Below are positions 14,606-26,488 of a stretch of DNA of 64,000 nt, piece after piece (position 1 is the first letter of the stretch; every line of letters begins with the position of its first letter). The translations under genes and the position numbers were made by a program. Source of the stretch: Convolutriloba macropyga (lineage: Eukaryota); NCBI RefSeq assembly GCF_964194025.1, contig NC_134468.1:13640001-13704000 (forward strand), given 5' to 3'. A model generated the notes under the pieces. It had not been told where the DNA came from and did no database searches. It worked only from the letters and a program-made list of their open reading frames with translations.

Positions 14606-14735
14606 TTCTTTGAGGCGGTGGAGTGTGTCACGAAGTGCATCGACCTGCTTTGAGGCCTCCGCTCCTTCCACCTCCACATCTATCAACTTCCTGGACAGAA
14701 TCTGCCTCTCAGTCTCAAGCAGTTCCTTCTCGGTC
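14606..14735 (-). CDS. ODF2/cenexin-like exon (phase 2-0)
   Basis: taacAG|G ACC GAG..AAA GAA|GTTAGT; TEKELLETERQILSRKLIDVEVEGAEASKQVDALRDTLHRLKE resembles ODF2 'EKECLMSKLVEAEMDGAAAAKQVMALKDTIGKLK'. Phase fits both neighbouring exons. Confidence 0.8.
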
Positions 14736-16248
14736 CTGTTAATACGCAATAAACTTATCACTTAGAAACATTCAGAAATTAAAGAGCAGGTTCAGCCTTA
14801 TTTCTTTCTAACAATCCTAATCGAATATCAATTTCAAAGTAGTGGTTCCCCTCTTCGTTTCGCCTTTAATCGGACGCGGCATCGTCATTCATAATAAAAT
14901 AATCCCATTCCATTACCACCAAATATCTCCATCGAATAAATAACTTCAATATCCCTCAATTAAATAACTTCATCAACATTTCATAGAATAACCAAATTTT
15001 GCATGAAACTTCTTAATTGAACAATCTACACTCAGTTGTGCATTTTTTACTGACATCAATAGCATTTACACTGAATATTCCAGTAATAGAGCCCTATCAT
15101 ACTGTAGTATGGCTGACTGACCTCTATTACCCTTCAATCAGAGAATAATACGCTCAAATTAGATTCATTAAGTGAGTGTGGATATATGCTCAACCAACTT
15201 ACCAAAAACTATATCCTTTAAAACTCAAACCAAGCGTAAAAATTGAGCGTAAAATAATTTTCCGAAAATTTAAAAAGTAAATTTTATCAAAAAAATTGCT
15301 AAAATTGGAGTCATTAAAATATTGATAACCATTTTATTAACTCCACAAACTATACTATGCGACAGCTTATCATCATACCTTGGAGGAGGTCCCTAGGACC
15401 CTGGTGCCGGAAAAATGATAACAAATTCAAAAAATTTCAAAAAGCTTGAAAAATTGCAATCTGCATAAAAAAAACTGCAAAAATTTGTGATAATAAAGGT
15501 TGAAAACTAAGCCATGGCAAAAAAAAAATTTTCCGGAAACCTATTATCAAAACCTAACGGAGTTTTTCTGTCAGGCTGAAAAACCTGAATGACAATAAAT
15601 GTTAAAAAATTGAAACAACGATTTTCAAAATACTTAAAATGCAAAATTTACTTAAAAAATGCTAAAATTTGTCATATTAAAATTGAAAGCTATTCCATGG
15701 CAAACAAATTTTTTCAGTAACTTATTATCAAACACTTAAGGACGCTTTCTGGTCCCTACGTCTGGAAAAACTTGAATAATGAAAAATAAATGTCAAAAAA
15801 AATTGAAAAAATTTGCACGTTTTGTCAAAAAATGCTAAAATTCGTGATGTTAAAATTTTGAAACCATTCCACTACCACTAGAAACTACGCATTAACTTAT
15901 TATAAAACCCTAGAGGAGGTTCCTTGACACCTAGGGCTGAATAAACTCACAAAACAAATATTTTCAAAAAGCTTGAAAAAAATTGCAATTATTATAAAAT
16001 TGCGTGTTTTGCGATCGGTTGTTCGTCAGTAGCCACGGGGGGGGGGGGGGGGGGGGTGCTGATGGGGAGGAGGGTAGGCAACAGTGCAGTGGGGTGGGGC
16101 AACAGCGCGGTGGGGGGGTTGGCGGCAATAGTGGGGGGTAAATAGTTGGGGTGTCTTCAACCTCTAAGAACCGCCCTTCACACCATAAGTATGTCTCCAA
16201 AACAGTTTCAGCTGAAACAGAGCTGAAAGGCTTAGAAAGTAAACTCAC

Positions 16249-16436
16249 TTAGAAATCCTTGTTTCGTCTTTAAGAAATTCGACTGATCGACGAAGAGAAT
16301 CGTTCACTTGTTCTGTGATGTCCAGGTCTGTTTTAGTCCGCATCAATTCATCCTCTTGGAAATCCAGTCGCTCTCGAGATCTAGCCAATTCCACACTCTT
16401 GGCCCTCAGTTCAGCTCGAGCGTTTTCTAGGTCCGC
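16249..16436 (-). CDS. ODF2/cenexin-like coiled-coil exon (phase 0-2)
   Basis: tttAG|GCGGAC..TCTAA|GTGAGT; ADLENARAELRAKSVELARSRERLDFQEDELMRTKTDLDITEQVNDSLRRSVEFLKDETRIS; 188 nt, joins the 14735 exon in frame. Confidence 0.75.
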
Positions 16437-16823
16437 CTAAATAGACCACGAAATAAGACTGACGACAAAAAACATAGTACCATCAAATATTTTGTCCAAT
16501 AAAATCAATCACCCCTTTCAATAATTGAACACCTGAAAGACCTCTGCCGAGAAGTTTCTATGGCACAAACTTACCGGTTGCCGTACAAAGTTCATTTTCG
16601 AGCAGCCATCTAAAGAACCATCCAGAATAAAGACATCATAAATTAAGAAAAAAACTTAATACTCCGTTAACAGATACTTGACCATCTTCTGCAGTTTAAT
16701 AAAATTACGCAATATAATCTTTCAAATTGAAGACATTTGTTTGGAGATTGTGAAAAATAAATATAGATTTTTCTCCGAACAGATAAAATTAAGTTTACGA
16801 GAGCATGAACAGATTATTCTTAC

Positions 16824-16913
16824 ACATGCTCGCTCTTTAGATGAAGTGCCATAGAAATCTTCAACGTTGACGGGATTAGCAACACTCCGATGAGAGGGTA
16901 AGTTGGCATGCAT
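16824..16913 (-). CDS. Probable upstream exon of the same gene (phase 0-0)
   Basis: ttatcAG|ATG..TGT|GTAAGA, 90 nt, open reading frame. Confidence 0.5.
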
Positions 16914-16982
16914 CTGATAAAAACTGATGTCATTACGACCACAAAGCAGTTTTCACGCAAATGATTACGAAGAACACAATAC

Positions 16983-17033
16983 CTGTTTAGACAGATGGTT
17001 GACTACAGCGACCGTTTCCACTTTTACTGGTGC
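16983..17033 (-). CDS. Possible upstream exon (APVKVETVAVVNHLSKQ, phase 0-0)
   Basis: ttggTAG|GCA..CAG|GTATTG, 51 nt, with a 69-nt intron to the next exon. Confidence 0.45.
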
Positions 17034-20000
17034 CTACCAAAATCAAATTAAAAAAATTACATTACATCAGTTAAATTTCAATTTTGACGAGATCTGTATA
17101 CATTAGGTAATTCATAAAAAGGCAAATGCAAAAACTACAAAAATAATTCCTGTATTATACAATATCAAATTGACTGATGTCGAAGTGGACGGAGTACTTA
17201 GCGCCTAGTAGTTAGTGCTTTTCTAACACCCTCGAAGCTTTCTCGTACATAACTGCCAACAACCCCTCAATTACCTTTCGTTATTTACAAAGCAGATTTC
17301 CGATTGAAGTCTTGTTTCTACTTTACTTAAGTTTTTTTTATATATTATAGTTTTCGTTCACTTGCATTTTGCTGACACGAACACTGCCATTTTGCTGACT
17401 GAGCAGGCCAAAACTAAAGATTATAGAGGATCACGGACCTAAGACAACGTAACTGCGAGGAAGAGCAGTTTTCCCCAACCGAAAACATAGCCGGCAGATT
17501 GCCGGAAAATAGCCGCGATAGACGCTCGTGGCCTTCCATGGAATTCAAACAACTAAAGAAACAAGACAGACAGATTGACCACCAGTCCTTTAATAGACCA
17601 CCAGATTCTTTGGGTTAGATTCGGACTGTCATTTTTATGAGACAAATACCCTCTATAAGGAAAAAGCCCTAGAAGAGCTTTTCCAAAATCAAGTGAGGTA
17701 AGTCACGCAATTGACCTAAAAGCAGAATATATGACGTCACGCACACAAAATTCTAACTCCAAGGCAGTAGAAGTAACTGAAATTGAAAAAGTCAATGGTC
17801 GCAAGAATCATTGCTGGAAGTCCTGAAATACAATCCAAAAAATTGAATGAAAAACTTAGAAATACTGTACTTGACCAGAACATCAGTTGAACAACGCCAG
17901 CCAAAAAGAGAAACAATCTCAAAAGTTTGAACTAAAATCAAACAAACTGAACAAAAATATATTCATTGTAAAACTGATGAACTCTTGGACTCCTGAAGGA
18001 CAAATTTGATCCAATTAACCCTTAAACCATTAACCCGAACACAAACCTCGAAAGGCCAATAAAGACAGCAAAAAATTTAGAACGACCAAGACCTAATGAC
18101 CCGAAAAAAAGTTTCATTGGTCCGTAACGATTCATAAATGACTAAAAAAATAACAAAAAATTTCAAAACAATTGCAATTTGTAATGAAAAGCTGCAAAAA
18201 TTTTAGATATTAGTTTCTTCAGAACCATTTCAATCTATCAAGGCTATTCAGTAGCTCAATTTCTAGCTTTCAAAAGTTGCACTCATAAAGATCGATAATT
18301 TAGAAACATGACAAAAATTTTGAACTGTTCAAAATTTATAAAAGAGATGCAAAAACTTGTGTGTGATATTCAAAAGTTGAAAACAATTCCATTGCCCCTA
18401 GCAACTACTAAAACAAACGAGAAAACCGCAGATGAGGTTAGCTGACCTCTCAGACAAGAAAAAGTGAATAAACGATAAACATTTTCAAAAAATTGGAAAC
18501 AAAAATTACAAGTTATCACAAACTAATAAAATTGGTGAATTCAAAATGTTGAAAACGATTTTATTACAAATAAAAACTATGAAGACACTTATTATCATAC
18601 CTTATAGGAAGTTTTCTGCCACACTGAGGCTGGAAACACTCCAAAATGACAACAATTTTACTTGCAAGCTTTCTCAAAAGGTTGCAAAAATTCGGGACAT
18701 TAAAATGTTGAAAATCAAAAAATGGAATGTTAAAATCAATTGGAAAGCTCAAAAAATGACAAAAAAGTTCAGAAAACTTTGGTATACTTCAACTTGATAA
18801 AAATTGCAAAAATTATCATCATTTTTCGTGATTGTTTACATTACCAAAAACATATTTGAAGAAATTGCCATAAAAAGTAATTATATCTTTTAGAAGACAT
18901 TTATCAACTTTGACAAACGACAATTCAAGAATAATCAAACAAAAACCTCGAAAATTAACAAAAAAACCTGAAAAAAATAGCGCCATTTTGGTCTCGAAAA
19001 CTCATATATGACATTTTAAGCTTGAATTACGGCCTTCCCAGTAGCTTCAACACTCTAAGCACTTGATGGACTATTAAACGCGGCTGAAACCTAATGCGAC
19101 TGGGTCTTACCTGTTTATCCAATTTTGAAAGATCAAAGTCATGACAAATGTGTGAAAGTGTTTAAAACATCTTATGAAAAAAAGAGAGCACCAATACAAT
19201 CTAATTCTTGGATTGTAAACAATGACGATGTCCCCAATATTCGTCGCTATCGCTTCGCGGCTATTAAAAAAAGAGTGAGGGTAAAAACAAAATACACATA
19301 ATTCGATTGTTTCTATAACGCCGCATGATCTAGTGAAGATCCTAATGCTATTAATAGATTCAAAACATCCAATTTCGCAATTGTACCCCAATTGTAATCA
19401 CATCCAGTATATTGATTAGTACAAAAAAATTGTTAAACATTTGAACGCACTTTTGCCTCTATTAGGTCAAACAGTACTTCTATTCATTAATCTTCAGAAA
19501 AACGGTCGCTAATTATTTGGCTATGAAAGACGACCAGGGGGAGGCAACAGTGGGAGGGGGGTTTGGAAACGAATCTAGAGTGACTAATTCCTTTTCGGAG
19601 TAACTCCGTGTGGTATTTCAACGGCATCGCAAATTACTTGATCATTGTCCTCAACTTGATATCAAGAATTTGGAAACGACTCCAAATTTGTCAACAGTAC
19701 AGAAAACAGAACCTGGAGAATGGGATATATTCGTTTGGTAATAATTGGAATACTAAACAAACGCGTACACTTGAAAACCCTCAAATCACCAGTTCCATGT
19801 TTCCAAGAAGTACAGCCGTTCGTACATACTATAGCTGGCGACTAAATCAACACTAAATTACAAGTCTGCTTGGCTCCATAATGATTGTAGTGTCTTGTTT
19901 TCCAAAAAACACAAGAGCTGTCTTTGCTATTTGCTATCTGAAATCGGCCTTTGTTACCAGTCAATTCCCCAAAAAAATTTACTCCTAAATTTTAAAAATT

Positions 20001-23000
20001 GAAAACGCAACAACTTGTCTGCGTATCAAAAAGGAAATGAACTAGGTTTTGTAGAATCAGAAGCTCTTATTCCCCAATAAAAGCAGTTGACAATCAACGA
20101 TCTGCAAATTTTCACAAAATAGGGAATAGAATAGGAAATGTGAGCTTTTAATTAAAACTGCCAGCTGTTTCCCCCAATAGAATTTCCCAGCTGCTCTGAA
20201 TAGGAGTATGTAGACCATATGGAGACCATAGTTTTCTACGGTGTTATCACTTAATGTTATATCTCAGTTTAATTTGCTTTGCTCTACAGTTTTTTTCTAT
20301 GCTATTGACTCTATGTTCAAAAATTACAAAATCTAACGATCTTCAGCCTTCAACAAAACTTCTTTGTCAACTTCTTCGGAAAACGTGAACTTCTTTGGTG
20401 AGATTTTTACCTGTTTCTCTCAATTAAAAATGCGACTGCTCATCCACCAAAAGGTTGCAAAAATTCGGGACATTAAAATGTTGAAAATCATTCCATTGCC
20501 ATTAAAAAGTATAGAGAAAACTATTATCAAACCCTCCAAGACGTTTTATGGCCCTTGAGGCTGGAAAGCTCAAAAAATGACAAAAAAGTTCCGAAAACTT
20601 TGGTATACTTCAAAACTTGATAAAAATTGCAAAAATTATCATCATTTTCGTGATTGTTTACATTACAAAAAAAACAGATTTGATGAAATTGCCGTAATTA
20701 TATCTTTCAGAAGACATTTATCAACTTTTACAAACAACAATTCAAGAATAATCAAACAAAAACCTCGAAAATTGACAAAAAAACGTGAAAAATTGCGCTA
20801 TTTTGGTCTCGAAAACTCATGAATGACCTTTTAAGCTTGAATTACGGCCTTCTCAGTAGCTTCAACACTCTAAGCACTTGATGGACTATTAAACGCGGCT
20901 GAAACCTAATGCGACTGGGTCTTACCTGTTTATCCAATTTTAAAGATCAAAGTCATGACAAATGCATGAAAATTTTTAAAACATCTTATGAAAAAAAGAG
21001 AGCACCAAAACAATCCAATTCCTGGATTGTAAAAAATGAGGATGTCCCCAAAATTCGTCGCTATCGCTTCGCGGCTATTAACAAAAGAGTGAGGGTGAAA
21101 ACAAAATATACATATTTCGGTTGTTTCTATAACGCCGCATGATCTACTCAAGATCCTAATGCTCTTAATAATTTCAAAACATCCAATTTCGCAATTGTAC
21201 TCCAATTGTGATCGCATCCAGTATATTGATTCGTAAAAATAAGTAATTGTTAAACATTTGAACGCACTTTTGCCTCTATTAGGTCAAACAGTACTTCTAT
21301 TCATTAATCTTCAGAAAAACGGTCGCTAATTATTTGGCTATGAAAGACGACCAGGGGGAGGCAACAGTGGGAGGGGGGTTTGGAAACGAATCTAGAGTGA
21401 CTATTTCCTTTTCGGAGTAACTCCGTGTGGTATTTCAACGGCATCGCAAATTACTTGATCATTGTCCTCAACTTGATATCAAGAATTTGGAAACGACTCC
21501 AAATTTGTCAACAGTACAGAAAACAGAACCTGGAGAATGGGATATATTCGTTTGGTAATAATTGGAATACTAAACAAACGCGTACACTTGAAAACCCTCA
21601 AATCACCAGTTCCATGTTTCCAAGAAGTACAGCCGTTCGTACATACTATAGCTGGCGACTAAATCAACACTAAATTACAAGTCTGCTTGGCTCCATAATG
21701 ATTGTAGTGTCTTGTTTTCCAAAAAACACAAGAGCTGTCTTTGCTATTTGCTATCTGAAATCGGCCTTTGTTACCAGTCAATTCCCCAAAAAATTAACTC
21801 CTAATTTTTAAAAATTGAAAACGCAACAACTTGTCTGCGTATCAAAAAGGAAATGAACTAGGTTTTGTAGAATCAGAAGCTCTTATTCCCCAATGAAAGC
21901 AGTTGACAATCAACGATCTGTAAATTTTCACAAAATAGGGAATAGAATAGGAAATGTGAGCTTTTAATTAAAACTGCCAGCTGTTTCCCCCAATAGAATT
22001 TCCCAGCTGCTCTGAATAGGAGTATGTAGACCATATGGAGACCATAGTTTTCTACGGTGTTATCACTTAATGTTATATCTCAGTTTAATTTGCTTTGCTC
22101 TACAGTTTTTTTCTATGCTATTGACTCTATGTTCAAAAATTACAAAATCTACTGATCTTCAGCCTTCAACAAAACTTCTTTGTCAACTTCTTCGGAAAAC
22201 GTGAACTTCTTTGGTGAGATTTTTACCTGTTTCTCTCAATTAAAAATGCCACTGCTCATCCACCAAAAGGTTGCAAAAATTCGGGACATTAAAATGTTGA
22301 AAATCATTCCATTGCCATTAAAAAGTATAGAGAAAACTATTATCAAACCCTCCAAGACGTTTTATGGCCCTTGAGGCTGGAAAGCTCAAAAAATGACAAA
22401 AAAGTTCCGAAAACTTTGGTATACTTCAAAACTTGATAAAAATTGCAAAAATTATCATCATTTTCGTGATTGTTTACATTACAAAAAAACAGATTTGATG
22501 AAATTGCCGTAATTATATCTTTCAGAAGACATTTATCAACTTTTACAAACAACAATTCAAGAATAATCAAACAAAAACCTCGAAAATTGACAAAAAAACG
22601 TGAAAAAAATAGCGCCATTTTGGTCTCGAAAACTCATATATGACATTTTAAGCTTGAATTACGGCCTTCCCAGTAGCTTCAACACTCTAAGCACTTGATG
22701 GACTATTAAACGCGGCTGAAACCTAATGCGACTGGGTCTAACCTGTTTATCCAATTTTAAAGATCAAAGTCATGACAAATGCATGAAAATTTTTAAAACA
22801 TCTTATGAAAAAAAGAGAGCACCAAAACAATCCAATTCCTGGATTGTAAAAAATGACGATGTCCCCATAATTCGTCGCTATCGCTTCGCGGCTATTAACA
22901 AAAGAGTGAGGGTGAAAACAAAATATACATATTTCGGTTGTTTCTATAACGCCGCATGATCTACTCAAGATCCTAATGCTCTTAATAATTTCAAAACATC

Positions 23001-23380
23001 CAATTTCGCAATTGTACTCCAATTGTGATCGCATCCAGTATTATTGATTCGTAAAAATAAGTAATTGTTAAACATTTGAACGCACTTTTGCCTCTATTAG
23101 GTCAAACAGTACTTCTATTCATTAATCTTCAGAAAAACGGTCGCTAATTATTTGGCTATGAAAGACGACCAGGGGGAGGCAACAGTGGGAGGGGGGTTTG
23201 GAAACGAATCTAGAGTGACTATTTCCTTTTCGGAGTAACTCCGTGTGGTATTTCAACGGCATCGCAAATTACTTGATCATTGTCCTCAACTTGATATCAA
23301 GAATTTGGAAACGACTCCAAATTTGTCAACAGAACAGAAAACAGAACCTGGAGAATGGGATATATTCGTTTGGTAATAAT

Positions 23381-23826
23381 TGTCAGCGGAGGCCTACCTA
23401 TACCCATGTGACGTTCACCTTTATGCCAGCTATCTATTAGAGCAATTTTGGGGGCGCTAACTATTTTGGTTTTCTCAGGCTTTTGTTTTAAAGATTTTAA
23501 GTCAGCATGCTCGAAAGAGTTCTTTTGGCAATTTTGAGTCTATCTCCAGAAATAAAAGTTTTGTGCAGCAAAAGTTTTATTCACAAGTCAACTGAGCTGT
23601 AGCTATCGTTCTCTCTGTTCTGAGAGTGGCAATTAGATTAGAGCATAACATTTGATGTTAAATATTTGCACGAGATAAAGTAAGAGCATTGTACAATTTA
23701 ATCTTTATAATCCCGGATGCTTATGCGCGTGTGAATGAGTTAAATTTACTAACAATGGGGTAAATGCACGCGCATGGATTGTACAAATATGTTTAAGCAT
23801 GGCACGAATGTATGAGGGGCATGACA
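23381..23826 (-). repeat. 3' LTR (446 bp)
   Basis: Matches 35902-36339 and lies next to the PPT. Confidence 0.95.
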
Positions 23827-23839
23827 CTCCCACTTCTTC
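23827..23839 (-). promoter_or_regulatory. Polypurine tract
   Basis: - strand GAAGAAGTGGGAG immediately before the 3' LTR TGTCA. Confidence 0.85.
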
Positions 23840-23882
23840 AGAAAAAAAAAATTAATGTCAAGTTTTCAATTTTCAGTTTTCA

Positions 23883-24975
23883 ATGTCTTCTGATCTTAAT
23901 TTATTCGCAATGAACTGTGATTCTGACGAGGCGCAGGCTGTCAGTTCTGTGTGCGAATCAGCATCCAGCGAGAAACACCAGAGAAATGTTGTCTGGGCGA
24001 GAGAGCTATGGAATTTTGTGTCAGCTGGAAGTGTGTCGTCTGTTCCAGAGGTGACCCGTGAGGAAATTGAGGGTCAGAGTATGAGTGTTGGCATTCTTCG
24101 CGGGGAGCCTCTGATGGAGTTCAGCAGCCCCGAGATGCAAGTAAGAATCTTGAAGTATGTGTAGAGGTAGTAATCGTGTCTTAGTTGTTGTTCACTGCAT
24201 GAATTGTGAATGCATGTTGTGCTGTTTGGTTTTTACAGCAGTTGGCAACGGGATTGAGGACGCCATTGGATTTCGAAGGACACTTCGCCAGCAACGAGAA
24301 GATCAGGCCAGATTGGGCTTTTCAGTCATGGGTGTGCGAGGGTGTGTATCCTCGTGACATCCTAAGTTACCACCCGAGGCCACATCGCACTGAAAACTTG
24401 TCCGGCTTCTTCAACTTCCGTGTGTTTGGGGGCGAACGTCTGTATGATCCTAGCCTGCTCATTGCAAACTCGTTCACGTACACAGGCCCTCATGTAGATT
24501 CTAAGCCCACGCTGACCACACTTGCTGTTCTCCTCTTTGGCGTGAAGCTCTGGATTATATGTCCAGACATCAAGACAGACACGGCAGCGTTCATTAGAGG
24601 GCTGGATTTGAAAGAAATGTGCAGCTTCCTCAAAGTAATTGCGCAATTAGTTCGGTTTTGACTGTTTTTTGTTCCTCTGCTGACACTATGGGAGCATAAT
24701 GCGGTTGATGTTCTTGATTGTCAAATGTCATGCTTGTTCAGGGGCCAGCAGGGAAAGGATTCAGATTCGTGATTCAACGGCCTGGTGACACGCTGTATCT
24801 GCAAGAGATGGTTGGGCACGCTGTCTTCACTGTCAATGGTCTCCCTGGCATCGACTGTGGGATCATTGAAGAGGGCTCGTGTCTGCTATCGTCACCAGTG
24901 GTCACGGATTTGTCTCCAGAGAGGTTGCACGGGTTAAGTTGGATCGTTGAACAACCCGGCACCCGCTGCTCGTAA
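23883..24975 (+). CDS. JmjC-domain 2OG/Fe(II) oxygenase, 3 exons (23883-24140, 24239-24634, 24742-24975), ~295 aa, antisense within the retroelement
   Basis: Phase-0 introns GTAAGA..TTTTACAG (98 nt) and GTAATT..GTTCAG (107 nt) join three ORFs in frame. Motifs TGPHVD, LLFGVKLWIICP and QRPGDTLYLQEMVGHAVFT. AATAAA at 25084. Confidence 0.85.
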
Positions 24976-25132
24976 GAGGAAGCAGAAGAAGAAGGCCCGG
25001 TTTGGAAGAAATCAGCGCCCAAAGAGTTAGCTCAATGACAAGTGGTATCAAATTTTACTGCACTTTTTTCCCAAATAGTAATGAATAAATAGCGAAAAAT
25101 TGAAAACTGAATAATACGAGAAATGCGGTAAT

Positions 25133-25925
25133 ACCCATATAGCAAAAAGCACAATGTTTACGGTTTGTATATTAAATTTGAGTTGCGTAGCTCAAATAAC
25201 AAGATGAGGCTTTTGTTTTTCGTATTTTAAGAAATTTTATAAATAGCACACAGTTCAGATAAAAGGTGAAATTAAACATAATATAGTGCACAGAAGCACG
25301 CGAAAGAGGGTATAAAGCACGAAGGTTGTTATGATCAATAACTGTGTTAAAAATTACAGCGCTGACTTTTATAGTTAAGCCAGGCTTTTGTTTTAAAATA
25401 CACTGTTTTTTTTTTGAATTAAGTTAAAAAAAAATAACACGAAATTAAACTTTTTGGTTCCTTCATGAAGTCCAATCAGCGCACAAAATTACGCATTTAA
25501 CACAAAGCAATAGCTGAGGAGTGTGTATAGAGAAAACGAGAGCTTTTGAACAAACGGCACTACCAGGCTTTTGTTTTAACTGCAGCAAACTTTATATAAA
25601 TATCACATTCAGAGGGTAATTGTATTCGATTAGAACATAAGTACTAAGCTTAGCCACTCATATGACGTGAGAAGGCACATGTAGGAGCTATGCTGAGATT
25701 TATAGAGAGATTGAGCCAATAGAGTTGTCAGGCTTTTGTATTAAAGAAGCATTAAAAATAAAGCAATGAATAAAACTTGTTCGTCAAATAAAACATAAAT
25801 TAATTAAAAAGTATTTGCGTTTAAGATTTTGTTTTACCCATGTGACATTAAGCACATAAACTCGGAGCTCCTGACAAAGAACGGTGGTTTTCTGTTGAGT
25901 AGTTTGGTCAGGCTTTGTTTTTTAA
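25133..25925 (+). repeat. Degenerate array, 5 units with ~175-bp period, two-part motif
   Basis: AGGCTTTTGTTTT-like box at 25207, 25382, 25565, 25730, 25910; ACNCATNTRAC-like box exactly 74 bp upstream at 25133, 25491, 25656, 25836. Confidence 0.7.
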
Positions 25926-26488
25926 CAATAACAAAATAGTGAAATTAAAAGCAAATCTTTTTTCAAATCATTGAAATATTTTTTATTTTAGAGCCAACAA
26001 CAAGCAGCACACAGCTTCTAGACGAGGGAAGCCGCAGCGAATAGCTGCAAGCAGAAGGGTGGGGAGAGGAGGGGGACAGGGGGGAGAAACGAAGCATCGT
26101 CATTAAGTTTTAGTAGGTATATCCACTTTATTTATACTTGAAAAATTTTCTGGTTATTAAATTGAGAAGTAGCACACATATTGAATCCGCGATAATCTAA
26201 CATATTTGTAGCAATTATTCGTGTCGGTAGTTTTGGTGGACGAATTGTAAAATAATTTTCATACAGCTCCAGAAATAAATGTATTTTTTTCCTGTTTTTT
26301 TTTTCAATTTATATGAGTATTTTTTTTTTCCTTTTCACAATTATATAATTAAATCTTTCAAGCCAAAATCTTTTATAATTGAGTATAGGACTGAGAGTAG
26401 CACAGGTATAATAAATTGTTTGTGAGTGAAAAACACCCAGAATCAAATCAGTAACTAATGGTTTATGAAGATTTTCAGATCTATAAAA

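Noticed and set aside
15964-16248. Proline-rich ORF
   Set aside because: It is the translation of a G-tract repeat module inside an ODF2-like intron.
16575-16609. Extra 35-nt AG/GT-bounded exon in the ODF2-like gene
   Set aside because: It would break the frame between phase-0 neighbours.
25133-25925. CRISPR array, tRNA cluster or hammerhead array
   Set aside because: Repeats are short and degenerate in a eukaryotic context with no cas genes. No cloverleaf or clear A/B boxes were seen, and CTGANGA occurs in only one unit.
25836-25925. Yeast point-centromere-like CDEI (GTCACATG) plus spacer
   Set aside because: Animal sequence, no CDEIII; the match is simply an E-box.
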